Assembly: GCA_051294905.1 (NCBI GenBank)
Contig: CM119373.1
Span: forward strand, 2,170,001 to 2,234,000
Origin: Botryllus schlosseri
Lineage: Eukaryota
Direction: 5' to 3'
DNA: 64,000 nt
Part shown: positions 36,331 to 49,560 of the stretch, in pieces
How the letters are laid out: each line of letters begins with the position of its first letter
Numbering within the stretch: the stretch's first letter is position 1
Translations under genes and position numbers: made by a program
The notes under the pieces: generated by a model
Told to the model about the DNA's origin: nothing
The model's database searches: none
What the model saw: the letters and a program-made list of their open reading frames with translations, nothing else

Positions 36331-39300
36331 TAATCTACGCAGCTTCGTACTACATATTTCGTATACTGTGATACTACCGATCGAGGTTAACACCCTTCCA
36401 GAGTTTCGAAGCTGTAATTTTGGTTGATAACTATATCAGTGGAATCGCGACGTACCGTGTTGATGAGAAAATTCACTTTGCGAAGAAAACAACCCAGTCA
36501 ACTTCGACACGAGTCACGTGACTAGCAGGATTCCGTGGATCCGTGATACAGTTAACACAACATCAGCGAACGCGGACAATAATGGCTGCCTGGATTTCCA
36601 GGAAAATCCAACATATATTCAGCTAATGCGGAGCCACGATTCGCGCGGATAATCACCGCTTCGGCCAGGCGCTTGCAATAACACGCAGCAATACATTGAT
36701 AGACCCGTTCCATTTGGCACCACAGGCTGTTCGCACCAGAACTAGCCATTGGGATTTCTCGGAATCGGGGAATCGAAAGTGTTCTGTTGTCGGTTTTAAT
36801 GACAGCATCTAGATAGCTTGTCATTATCTTTGATGCTCCGAGAATAGTAAAAGACGGCTTTACTTTGGTTACGCAATTTAATTAATGAACGGTTGCTATA
36901 TCTTTCTGAGATTCCAGGAATTTGTCTTTTTTACTATTGGGCGATCGTTTAACGATTGGATTCGACGTCGACCGCAAAATTCCTAGCGAAGTATTTTAGG
37001 CCTATCTATGGTGTCATTCTGATCATCCAATCTCCGTAAGCGGTGTCTTACAAAAGCCTAGAACGAAAATGAACCGTTCCTGAAGTCGGCGGAATCGTGA
37101 AAGTAACTGTCGGACTGGTGATTTGTATTTTTTGTGAGGGAAAGCATGAGACAGTTTTGTTCCGTAATTGCTAAAACTTCAGGACTCACATCATTAGAAT
37201 AGTCGTCAGACAAAAATATCCTATTGTCCAAATTATTTTTAATTGCTTGCAAAATTGCCAAAAGCCCACTGAAAATCATGATTTTTTCTTAATCTCTCCC
37301 AATGACGGGATTGAAACCTCGCAACGACATCCATGTTTCCTGTGATATACATAACCGCTATTCCAAAATAACTTTAAGGTGAGATGTTAGATAGAAATGA
37401 CCATAGGTTGGACGTTATATATTTATTCAATACTCTGTTTCTCAGTTTTGAGGATTTTCAAGGCAATAAATACAGCTGTAAAATACGTTTCGAAAGAATA
37501 AAAGTCTACCCAATTTCTACATATAGGCTAATATGATGTTATTTTCACGGAAAGTCATTTTGTCGGTGTTTCACACAAGCCTACAGTTAATAAACAAGAC
37601 AGTTGACGGTTTCTCGATAATTGGGCTAGTTTTGAACGAGAACTCGTGGGGGGTCCGCGGAGGTCCGTGAAGGTCCAAAAGGGGCCCGCAAAGACAAAAA
37701 GGTTCAAGACCACTGCTCTAAACCTTCGAACGGCGGACGGTGCCTTTCGATTCCATCCTAGATACGCCGCTGCATACGTCCTTGTTTTATGGATGCCATG
37801 AGCATTAATTTATAGAGAGATCTTCAATGCTGTAACGCTAGTAGGATCAAAACACGAATGATCTGGTTTTAAGCAAGATATTTCTGAAAATGAGGTATTT
37901 CGTTATACATCTTATTATTTACTGTCGAGGTGAAATATTTGATGATATGGCCGGTTTAAAACGACCAAATCCACTTCGATCGACATTCCATAAGGCTATT
38001 ACTAGCAATTATATTCCAACTAAAAATATATTATATTAAAATCTAACATATAGCATAAATAAATATATACCATTATAATTGTAATATCGAGATAGCATGG
38101 TGAAAGTCAGCTCAGACAATTTGAACTCCCTCATTTTATCAGACAACGCCCATCATAGAAGAAAATTCCATGTACGTACATGTTGTACAGTCCTGACATA
38201 AGTGTCCGGATTCATTCCGTGCATACGGTACTGTACTATACTCAACAACGTTCTTTTGATTTCCCCAGCTCTACTTATGTTGCAATTAGGCAATATTACA
38301 CCTGGAGAAACCGGTGCCAATTTGCGAAGAAACTTAGCCTACATATTTCAATGTGAATATCTCCATCGTCATCCAATCCCTATATTAGGTGTCTTCAAAA
38401 GCCTATAACGAAAGTGTGCCGTGCGAAAACTCAGCACCTCTGCATGATGTAAAATGACGAATGTGGACGAAATACAATGATTACTAAAACCAGAAGAACA
38501 ACGACCGTACTATCTTATGCGTGCAGTCTGACATTGCCGCACTTTGAGCGATAAAAGTGCGTGTTGTTATAAATCGGGTTTTGACTTGACTCGGTTAGAC
38601 TCGAGTCACGTTTTCCGATTGACTTCACTTGATTCGATTCACTACATGACTCAGATCTGTATGAGGTATGAGCTGAGAAATATGAATTGACGCCGTACTC
38701 TACTACTCAATCTTACAATATTAGGTGACTCGAGATCGTGAAATTTGGGATGGCCGTTATTGATTTTAGTCACCTTGAAATTTCGCGTGACTTGACTCGC
38801 AACTTGACATGAAGTTTGTCGAGATGACTCGATGTGACTCAAATGACAGTTTGCGATGACTCGGAATGACAAGCGACTCGAAGGCATAATGTAATTCACT
38901 CATTTTATCGTCTGGGAGTAAAATGTTATCTGCAAGCAGAGAAGTAGTTAGAGTTGCTACTCAAGTAGAAGTAAAGATAGCGTCATGAATTTCTACTTAA
39001 ATACAATTGGAAGTAGCTATTTACAAGAAAATCCAAATATACTTCACGGGGAAAAAGAAAATGATAATCTGGAAAGCAATCAAGAAAATAGGTTCAAAAA
39101 GCAAAAGGGTATCATGCCATTAGAGCTTTCGACTTCCGGAACTGCAAACACATCTTAGCAACTAAAGCAGAATGACTAACGACACTCTAGATACCTGTTA
39201 TTTTCTACCCTCAAAATCGGTTACAGTAACATAGGGGCTATTTACCGCCAGTTGTGGCAATTTCACACGTGAGGCAAACATAACTCAAATCATTATGTAC

Positions 39301-39946
39301 TTTACCAGTGGCGGCCAAACCGTGACCCGCGTTTTGAGTTGCCCGTGAAGTAATTCTCGAAATTAGTCATAATATCATAAAAATGTATATTTCAGGTAAT
39401 TTAATGTGAACTTGCAAGGCCAACCAATAATTTGATTAGCCCGACCTCGAAATTTGGGTTGTTGTTGATGAGTAAAACATCAGCTCCAACTCATTGGCTT
39501 AGCCAAAGGCCAGGACCATTGTTCGTAGATCTTCGGATATGACCACAAAGTAGATTATTCCGTGGCAGATTTATTTGACTTGATATTTACCGACCACTTT
39601 ATGCAATTTATTGTCGCTCAATTTCTTGTATTCAGTATTAGTGCCCATCCCTTCTGTCGGCGATCAAACGTTCGCTTAAAATGATAGACACATGTTCTCC
39701 AAAATCTTCGACATTGATATGTCCAAGCGCCTGATAATCCTGTCCTTGCCGAATGAGCAATATATGCAAGTATATATATTATTGACCGAATTCATTCATT
39801 ACCTTTCAAAATAATTCGCTCTTCGAGCGGCTAGAACGGTAATGCCAACATAGTTTTATTGCCTACATTTTTATCGATTTTGATAAGTATATAACTATTG
39901 CTTTCAACGTTACCTAATCCGAATCGCTCCTATTGTACCAATAAAC

Positions 39947-40335
39947 TAGGGTTACCATACGTCCTCTTTGTCCTCTTTTTTGACTTTTTTGAAAGCTTCC
40001 TCGGAGGACGCCCTTTGTCCTCTTTTTTGATAATCTTGGTCAAATCTACGGCCAAAATCGACTGAGATAACGTAAAACAGCACTGAAGTAACGCTGAGAC
40101 GGGTTTTTCGTGAGCTGAGCCGGAGGTGACCTTTTTTTAGTCAACCACCAAACAAGGTGAAGAGAAAAACTGTATTGTGATCGCTCAGCGGAAAGTTGAC
40201 CTTTTTATTTGTTTAGTCAATCGACCACGAAGTGTGAAAAATTTACCATTATTTCAGGATTTTCTTCCGGTTTTGCAAGTCTAAGAATTCTGAAAAGGTG
40301 TCCTCTTTTCAGATTTCCAACATATGGTAACCCTA
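39947..40335. mobile_element. hAT MITE with TAGGGTTACCATA TIR
   Basis: 13-bp perfect TIR; perfect TSD CAATAAAC; GTCCTCTTT subterminal repeats (related relic at about 50420-50600). Confidence 0.9.
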
Positions 40336-40627
40336 CAATAAACATGGTCGTGAACATTCAAGTAGCCCGCGCAGCGGTTCGTAAATCTCATGTGGCCCTT
40401 TAGCCGAAAAGGATGGCCGCCCCTTGTCTAGGCAGTAAGTAGTTTTACCTTGAACCCTGTTAAGTAGAGTTGGAAGCAGTCTAAAGCAAATCCGCTTTAT
40501 TCACTAGTACAAGTATTGGCAAAGCCATTTTGAGTACTCAGTAAAAATATTATTACCTTACTTACCACCAGATCACCTCTGTTTACGCAATAGTCTTGTA
40601 GATCTGATAAACTGTTTTGGTTTACAA

Positions 40628-41212
40628 CACTGGTTCTTAACATGTGATCCATGAAACGCTTGGGGCTCTGTGAGCTAGTCTAATGGGTTCCGTGGAGGCC
40701 AGGACACACACTCATCTCATGCGTATGATTGGTGGACACACGCCCCTCTTTTCCATCATTAGTTGTAGGCAATTAGGCCCGATCAGTAGTCAAACTGCGA
40801 CTGCTGTGGTGGTAAATCGTGTGCAGTGACGCACCCACGGGGGATTGGGGTTCGGAAGCGTAACCCCGTTCTTCTGAAATGTCAATTCCATGTTCAATTT
40901 TTATAAGCTCATGTGCAATGACGCAATGGGCATCACGCTGTCGCGTTTCCACTGAACATAATACTATAACACTTCAAAAGCCGAATGCTCGTATTTCTGA
41001 ACTGGTATCTGAAAGGTAACAGCAGAAGTGTGAAAAGTATGTATTATTGGTTTTGCTTTTTTAGAACTCTGCTGATGCACAACTTTTTTCGTCCACCAGT
41101 CATCTATAATAATGTATTGTATGTGTATCGCGGTAAAAAAAATTGAGGAGTCCACAAATGCTTCCGGTTTAGCGTAAGTGTTCCGCATGTTAGCAAGTGT
41201 TATGAGCCACTG
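40628..41212. mobile_element. hAT (Buster/Charlie-like) MITE
   Basis: TIR CACTGGTTCTTAAC/CAGTGGCTCATAAC; TSD GTTTACAA/GTTTACAT (7/8). Confidence 0.75.
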
Positions 41213-42257
41213 GTTTACATCGTACTAGCATTAATGTGCAAAAGGTCAGATATTCTTTACTTGCTACTTTGGTTATCCGATCCTCAGAGCTTTCCTATCC
41301 ATGCAGGTAATCGAGATAGGTAAGCGAAACTGTATGATTTGCGAAGGAGCGATGCGCACATTTCATTTTCCAGCGCGCGCTTACTTTTTCGAATTGCTCC
41401 TTTGCCAACAAACACGCGTAACACGATCCATTCGATGACAAATGAAACACACTTAATGTCAAGTGATTTTCAGTTAATTGGCGCATAATTTTCTAGATTC
41501 CACGCAAAATCTGAGAAATGGCGGTGCCTTTCGGGTAAATTACCTCACTTTCTCTCATTCGCGGCGTTTCGCATTCTGTCTCGAATGATTAATCTGCGCA
41601 ATATTCCCAGAAAGGATGGGACACTAGGCCGCGCCGCCAGTGCACATTTCCTTGTGGTGTTAGCCGCACTGCAAGATATCAGATTTCAGTGGCAAACATA
41701 ATAATAACTTGAGCACCAACAACGCATGTCACAGAGAAACCATCAAACGACTTTGCTAATTAGCAGAAATCTGAAAACGTTTGTCAATGCTATAAAGGAT
41801 ACGAGGAATGTTTCGGAAAAATAATTCGATACTTCAGCACCTCCAGAGGTGATGATGTGATGATGCATTCGCGAAATGATTTAACGAGACGCTGTATGTC
41901 ATTCGCCAATCCCATGACAAACTGTAATATGGAATGCTGTCAAATGCATGTCGGTCCCTAGTTTTTGTATGGATTGACTGAGTCGCGTTGGTTCAGATTG
42001 ATGGATATTGTTTTACAGGCATGATGCAACTGCCAAATGTTATCTTTAAATCCGTGAATGGTAGCGCGGATTTTGTAGTGCGTATACATGACTTCTTCTG
42101 TTTTGGTGTTGTTCCTGGGGCATAAACCTTTCTATTTCTTAGTAATACAATGGCTAATTGGAGTCAGTTAATTTCAATAGATGTGGTGTCTATAATTCGT
42201 ATCAAGTATTTGGAAATTCGAATAAATCTTTGCGGTATCGAATGATGTACTCGTAAT

Positions 42258-42767
42258 TAGGTCTGGGCAAAATCGAGCACCTGAGTGATTCGATTCGGAA
42301 TCACGTAAAATGCGTCGAGTCGAGTCGAGTAATCGAGTATCACTCATTATGACGCCATAGCAAAAAATTATTTGTCAAGTTTCAAATATGTACATTTTAA
42401 GCGACCACAAAGAATATAATGCCTGTTACCCTTCATATTAAGGATACTTTGTTATTTTTTCGACCTTACCGATTTCATTGCACTTGGTGACAATATTGTG
42501 GGATTATCATGACTTCGGAAATGTGCTATTCCCAGTAACGTTCGTAGCTTTGCTACGATACGGCCAATCAAGGTTTCAAGGCTTCAACAGTGAAATTAGC
42601 ATAAACTCGTTGATCGTTGATAAAATCCTCGTTGATAAATCAACTTTCAGTGGTGAGGAGCGTATAATTTCAGTACTCGAAAAAATCGTTATTTACTACT
42701 CGACTCGAATCCTTAAAATCAATACTCGATTCGGATTCGAGTACTCGAATCATTGTGCCCAGCCCTA
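42258..42767. mobile_element. Family C hAT MITE (510 bp, complete)
   Basis: TIR TAGG(T/G)CTGGGCA(A/C)AAT; perfect TSD CTCGTAAT; TCGAGT/TCGAAT subterminal repeats. Confidence 0.9.
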
Positions 42768-44113
42768 CTCGTAATGCATGTCTGCGGCTTATTGTCTACT
42801 TCAACGACGGCATGGAGCGCGTGCACAGCTCATCTTTACGACATGTAGCCATAATAGGCATAGTTAAGTATATTTCATAAACATCGTCGAAGTCTGGTTG
42901 GAATACAAAATGGAGCAGGTAGCAAGTAAACATTTATTTCACAATGAGATAATGGGCAGTTTTAAGCAGATGAAAGCAACCGAACAGTCCCTTCTCACGC
43001 TGTGTCGATATGCATATGAACTTTTCGAAATGTGCATTTTGCACATATACGAAAGCCATATTGCACGCACAGGCATCACTCTTACGAGTGAAATTGTGAT
43101 AACAACCAAACGAAATACTTTTTGTATCACCATCATGGAATGTATTTTTCTACATTTTTCTTTCAAAATGGTCACAGAGATAAACCCCGCAAACTTGTTT
43201 GTCGAACACTAACCCCCTAATCAAAAGGTCGCTCATATTGAATTCGATCCTCAAGGTATAGATGCACTTCCGTGTAAAACGATTACGATGTTCACTCAAA
43301 AGTACCGACGTCAGGTTATAATACTGAAGCTTGATTTTTCACGTCTAAACTTTTGAATTGTGTGCAGTAAAAGAGTAGCAAAGTTTACGGAACGAATGCA
43401 TATTCCCATATTGAAAATAGCAAGACTTCAAACGTTGCAAGTAAGCAGCACTCATACACGAGTGTTCACTACAAGAACACCTACAATTACACAAATGAAT
43501 ATGCCTTCGAGTGGTAAAGGGGGTGGAAATTTGCATTTGAACTATTACATTCTTAAGGTAATCGCACAATATCAATGAGGTAGGTATTAGTAATGACTTT
43601 CCCATCGCCACTACAGCTTATGTCAAAAGATTAAAGCAATGGGTCCACGTAGACACAATCTGGTAATGCGATTACAGTTAGTTGATTCGCGCGCTAATAA
43701 CAGCGATAGGCCATATGCTGTAATTCCACTAAGCTGTACGCCATCACGTTGCCGCTATGTTTTCTTCACAGAAGGTAGCGGAAAATGATCATGTCATCCT
43801 GCCACTACTATGTGTGCCCCGCGTAAGTACTCGTCAGCACGGTGAGGTATGTTAATTGGCATGGATTTCCCATGCACGCGGTGACATTCTTTTAGTGCTG
43901 TTCTTCTGATTGTTATCCCTGTCTTCAGTTGCCATTCTTTATATTACGAAGATGTCCTTTCATCCCGTGGTCACCCTCTTCGATGTGGATGTTTAGTGGA
44001 AACGGTGGGACGTCACATTCGCTTTTAGGGCAGAACCATTTCAGCTGAAACAGTAAAATGTAAATCGATTTTCAAGTTACTCAATGATACCATGATACAG
44101 TCGAAACCACATA

Positions 44114-44824
44114 CAGTCGACTCCGCTTACGTGAGACACCGGATAACCTGGACAAATGTTTTTTTTTTCGTCAAAAGAAAAATTTCACGTGAAGAACTCC
44201 TGTTCATACGGACACATGATTGCAATTCCTATCGATAGATGCCACAGTACTTCGTTGGTTTGAAATGAGTCATTATAGTAAAACGATGACGATTCATGTA
44301 GTAATTAAATCGACAATGAACTGATACAATGTCGTTTCAGCTTCATGGTCATATTTAATTGGGTGCGATTGCGTGCATCTTGTAGAACAGATTGGTACAA
44401 AAAGTAATGCAGAAAAACATCTATTTCTCACTAAATTGCACGAAGAAAATGTAAACACCCTTTCATTACAGTTTGGCAGTTCATTGCGTTTGCGAGGATA
44501 TCAAAATGTACTATAATTGAGCCTTATATAGGTGTGCTAAACAGGATTTGTTCAATGCTTCCGTATAGAAATACTGTGTAATACAGCTAACCTGAAGGTA
44601 TAGTCAATGTGTGTTTTATGCAATCTGTACCGATTAATGCAGTATGGCGCAACTGCCACTGATTTATTACGCAACAGCACCGTATTTTGAATGCGTTATG
44701 TGCCTTTCAAGCACGATCACGATGCGGAGAATTGATATTCAGCTTAACTCAAACAAAGCCTTCTTCGCTTAATTCAGCCAAAAGTGAGCGGAATCAGACT
44801 GTCCTAATTAGGCGGAGTCGACTG
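44114..44824. mobile_element. Tc1/mariner (pogo/Tigger-like) non-autonomous element
   Basis: TA-CAGTCGACTCCGC...GCGGAGTCGACTG-TA. Confidence 0.85.
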
Positions 44825-45582
44825 TACTGATTTGGGACATTCTGAATTCAATATGAGATTGTTTTAAGAGCAAAATGATTTGCATGGCTAACTTAATCGT
44901 ATGTGAGATGATATTCGAATCAAAAATAGCATCTTCACAGCGAGGAACACACAGAGTTTGCTTTAAGTACTTATACTGTAAAAGCCAATAGTGTGGCGTA
45001 CTCACTAGCCAGAATAGTAGCATTTGCGGTTGAGTTGTTCTCTCGTAAATCTATCAGTCAAATGTTACGCTCATTAGCTCATGCCCTACAGAGGTGCGAT
45101 CAAACGTATTTGTAAGTTAATTGAATGAATATATATCATTGGTACCGTGCATTTTTCGACTGGTCGCGTACATAGTCATGAAGATGTAAGAAAAAATAAT
45201 ACTGGCTTGATTCCTTATTTCCAAATTACCAATCTAAAGTCCAAGAGATATTGTTGCAGTAAAAGTCAAAGTTTAGGCATCGTGCACATGATTTGGGGAC
45301 TGAGCTGATTCATTAAGAGGGTGAATTCGAATCAAATACTTTTTCGAGACATAGCAGCCCAGTTATGACATGCAATTGCCCGAAATATCGGCGATGCCAT
45401 TATTTGTCGCTTATGTTCATTTATAAACTATCAACTACGTTAGGGCACTTGTAAGTCACCTATACCTGTCCACATGCCTTATTTTAAATATGATATAGTA
45501 ATTCCTTAGCATTCCAAAAATAATCGCACTGCTGAGAATCTTTGGCGGTGCAGAGTTAGGGAATTACTGATAGCCTATATAT

Positions 45583-46504
45583 CAGTGGTCGGGAACCTAT
45601 GGCTCGCGAGCCATATATGGCTCTTTTGGGTATAAGATATGGCTCTTTGCCAAATATTTATTTTTGTGTTGAATTGATCAATATTGCAACGAGTTGTTGG
45701 TAAAGTTTAATCACGGCCAAAATAATTATTCTCCTGGCAGTACAAACATGTCTTTGAGAGGTAAAGACAATGTCGTCTTCAGGTTTAGGGGCTCGGACCC
45801 CTTCTTTTCAAAATCATCAAATTTAAGTTACTGTCACGCGGGCGGCCAATATCACTCGCGAATTCTATGTACCCGACTCGAAATCTTGAATTGCGCGATA
45901 CGTTGATTAATCAAAGAGCATAGCAGACACGACGACGCCCATTTCAAAACGCAGTTTTCAAATACGCATTGTCTAACTGATCTACGTCGCGAAATGAACT
46001 GTTGTGAATGTGACAATTACAAACTCGAATTACAAACAGCGCCATAGCTATCCACGTTCTTGATCGGTAAGTATAGCTCTTATCTGTGTAGTACCATCGA
46101 TAAAATGTATACGTGTAGCGCAACGTTATGTTGCCGCCGAATACTTTGAGAAGTCGATAAGTATTTAGATTTTCGTACTCAGTGTGACAGTCACATTCGA
46201 TTAATATCACTTGTAAAAAATTCCAAGCTACATATGAATTGCGTTATCAAGGGTGAGACTTGGCCCGTCTGTTCTATACCTCTCGTTTCGACCTTTATTT
46301 ACGAACAATAAACACCAGAGTATACTGAGAAAATATGGCGCACACGAGGAATCCCATGCAGCGAGCTCGAATTAGTGCTACCATGACGTCATCATTCTTC
46401 AATTGTGACGTAACCGTTGATTGGCATGTATGGCTCTTTGGAAGTTGAGATGGAAAAAATAAGGCCAATATGGCTCTTCAGACAAAAAAGGTTCCCGGCC
46501 ACTG
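45583..46504. mobile_element. hAT (Buster/Charlie-like) MITE
   Basis: TIR CAGTGG(T/C)CGGGAACCT (15/16); perfect TSD CTATATAT; ATGGCTCT subterminal repeats. Confidence 0.9.
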
Positions 46505-46827
46505 CTATATATCCAATTTGAGCTTACGCGCGCCTCCTGGTTACGGCTATTGGCGCGATAATTTAAATACTCAAATCTGAATCTAGTTTTTAATCTACTG
46601 GTTCGAGTCGAATACCAAGAGACCATTCTCTCGAGTACTGAAAATATTCGCTCCTTAGCACTAGCAGTTAATTTATCAAAGAGAAATGTGGTTTCAATAT
46701 AGTTTTCCACTGTGGAAGTCTTAAAACTCGTTTGATCTCATTGTAACATACAAAGCATGTAGTGTGCAGTAGAAAGCTACGCACGTTAGTGCAAATTAGA
46801 TATCCATGCAGTATAGTGATCAAGCCA

Positions 46828-47173
46828 TCACAGAAACCGTCACAGATCCCAATGAAAAGAGGTAGTATGTTCGAAATAATAGAATATTATCCTTAACGTG
46901 ATGCATATATTGCTTTATATTCATAGTGATGGCATAAAATGTGCATATTTGAACCTTCAGCATAGGGATGCATTTGAAACAAACGGTGTTTTAAGACACT
47001 TCACAGAAACCGTCACAGATCCCAATGAAAAGAGGTAGTATGTTCGAAATAATAGAATATTATCCTTAACGTGATGCATATATTGCTTTATATTCATAGT
47101 GATGGCATAAAATGTGCATATTTGAACCTTCAGCATAGGGATGCATTTAAAACAAACGGTGTTTTAAAACACT
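46828..47173. repeat. 173-bp direct tandem duplication (2 copies, 2 substitutions seen)
   Basis: 46828-47000 and 47001-47173 are near-identical by eye. Confidence 0.9.
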
Positions 47174-47447
47174 TTCTTCAAAACATGTTTCAAACAGTGT
47201 TATAAACAAAGGCCTTTTTAATAGAAAACAAGATTGTGATTTTTTAAGTTGCGAAATTATGCCCTAATTGTGTGAAGACTTTCCAGAATACATGTTGTAT
47301 GAGCCTCCGGAAAATTACCACCCGATATAGCAGTTGAATATTCGCGACGTGATGGCTTAAAAAAACAATAAAAACACGTTTTAAAACAAGGGCCTTGTTT
47401 TAAACATGTTTTGTTTCAAATTGATTCTTCTCTCAAATGCAACCCTA
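47136..47447. mobile_element. Family D hAT MITE
   Basis: TIR TAGGG(A/T)TGCATTT; perfect TSD CTTCAGCA. Confidence 0.9.
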
Positions 47448-47744
47448 CTTCAGCATCAATCTTATTCTTATGACGTCATCATGAGTCACACTCGAATCGA
47501 ATCCTAATACTCGATTCTGATTCGAATCACTCAGGTACTCGATTTTCCCAAGACCTTATCTTGATTTATTATCTCATAGAAGTGATTGAAGTGCACCCGA
47601 AAGTTATTTTTTCTTGTCAAAATTAGGTACGGGAAAATTAGTAATTCTGCATACGACGTAGAAGTCCTTTACAAACAGAAGATTCCAGTGAGTAACTGGG
47701 CTTTTGAGCAGTCATAAATGTATGCTTGTTTCAACTACAGCTAC

Positions 47745-48122
47745 AGAGCTCATTGATACGACTGCTGCTCCGGCTCCAACTCCGGCTCCGTTAAATACCT
47801 GCGTGAAAGCTATTTGTTGGCTTAGCCAGTCCGTCTCCGCTGTGAACATGTGACTGTTCTGCTTTCAAAACCCCGCCAACGCAATTAGTTAGTAAAGGAG
47901 ACCCGACGATGCAACATTTACTACTTTTGTGAAAGGTTGTTGCCAAATTATGTGAATTCAGTCTATAGTACCAGAATAGCATCTTATGAAGTACATTGGA
48001 GCTGGAGCTATCCTACAAGCTTTTGAATTTCTCTTGGAGCATTGGCTCCAGCTCCAACTACGGTGAAAATGCACGGCTCAGCAGCTCCGGCTCTTTGCTC
48101 TGGCTCCACCTCCAAAGCCGTG
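47745..48122. mobile_element. MITE fragment with GGCTCC(A/G) hexamer arrays
   Basis: Repeated GCTCCGGCTCCAACTCCGGCTCC motifs ending in a degenerate hAT-like terminus. Confidence 0.4.
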
Positions 48123-49229
48123 GTAAGTATTGCAAATAGATAAAACTACTTGGTTGCGCCGGAAACGTATATGACTTCTTTATTCTTGACATCTGGTGCT
48201 TCTAGACGCGCGATAAATATATTTTGAGCTTGATAAGGGGGTGTCAAACAACTTTTTCAACTACTGATTCTGCTAATCACTCCTTATTGATTGCTAGGCT
48301 CGAAAGCCATTGTGTTCACGGTATTGCGTTGTATCTTTGACGAGTCGTAAAGAGCACACTCTGACTGTTGCCGTTGACATTGCATGTGCTTGTCGCCTTT
48401 TCTTCTCTAGATTGCTGGTTCAGAAAAATGATCCGTTCCGGTTAAACTGGTGAGCAACTTCTGCAGTCGGCGCCAGCAAACACGATAGCTGACATTTCTC
48501 GCGGGCAATGTATACAGCCAATATATCCAACTTGAAGCATGAATATCTAAATTTGAGATTGCTTCTTAGTGTCCTCTCGTATTATATTATTGCGGATCAA
48601 CAAGATACATTGCTTGTCCGACAAAGTCGCGTCGTGGGACGTATGTTGCCAAACCCTGAGTTACGCCGTTAGGAGCCTAACAGTTCCCTCTTTTCCTAAC
48701 AAAAAAATAACGGAAAAATATTGATCACTCGTATCTGAGTCGAAAATTTATCCCTGTAAACTTAGAGAACGCGTATCGTCGTTGATGTGTCACGGGGAGT
48801 TGCAAATCGGAAACAATTGGTAGTGAACACTGAACAGGGTATCGACCTTTACTCATCTAAGGAACACTCGCGCTGATCTTTAAGCGTTCGCGGAACCCCA
48901 AATGTCTGCTCAGTCATTAAAACAGACAGTCCACCACAATACACATGTAATAGGTTACTATATATTACTGATGCACACAATTACGTTTGCATCAGCAAAG
49001 TGTTGAAAGAAAAAAAACATGTTCAAATTCATATTCAATTCAAATCAGTGGGACTTCTACTGCTTCCTGTAATATATCAGCTGAGAAATGCGAGGCTGGG
49101 CAAGGGTCATCGTATTGTTCGTTCAAAACAAAACAGCATGATACAAATTGCTTAATCACATATGAGCTTATAAATACTGCATGGACAGTGGACATATAGA
49201 ATCGTCATTCCAGAAACACGGGGTTTCCA

Positions 49230-49560
49230 TTGCGAATGTCAACTTCCCCAATACGACTTGCCACCACCACAGTCGCAATTTGACTACAGATCGGCCCTAG
49301 TTACCTACAACCAATGGATGCCAAGACAGGCCTCTCATGACAAATCAATGCACCTCTAGCTAGAGAACCCTTGAGACTGTGCCCATAGAAAGGCATGGTG
49401 TCCCTGGATCGCCGATTAAAAGCGCTGGTATAGACATTGTTGTCATGAATATCACTGCCGAACATTTCAAGTGCTGTAATTCTCGAAATGCAATCAGTAA
49501 TGACAGCTAAGACTTCCAATGACTTTGAAAATGTTGATTTAACGTAAGGTGTCGCTACTA
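49230..49560 (-). mobile_element. Degraded LINE apurinic-endonuclease (APE) fragment
   Basis: EVLAVITDCISRITALEMFGSDIHDNNVYTSAFNRRSRDTMPFYGHSL resembles the APE N-terminal motif (DVIAITETWL...YNVYR.DR.RRGGGV..Y), with frameshifted LVVGN and VVLG downstream. Confidence 0.4.

Larger units (their letters stand above)
46542..47558. mobile_element. Family C MITE (reverse orientation) interrupted by a family D MITE and a 173-bp duplication
   Basis: Ends match the reverse complement of the 42258 termini; removing the inserts leaves about 530 bp, close to the 510-bp intact copy. Confidence 0.6.

Noticed and set aside
37180-37275. Minus-strand mini-exon with GTGAGT donor and WAFGN (GPCR ECL1-like) peptide
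   Set aside because: The motif frame hits a stop at once and no partner exons were found.
39306-40426. A single Charlie-like element enclosing the 39947 MITE
   Set aside because: The termini are only loosely complementary and the flanks (TACTTTAC/TCTAGGCA) do not form a TSD.
46399-46710. 103-aa ORF
   Set aside because: It spans the junction of two different MITEs and is a chance frame. The same applies to ORFs at 5597, 28622, 35631, 42478, 55052, 55131 and 61081, which lie in MITEs.
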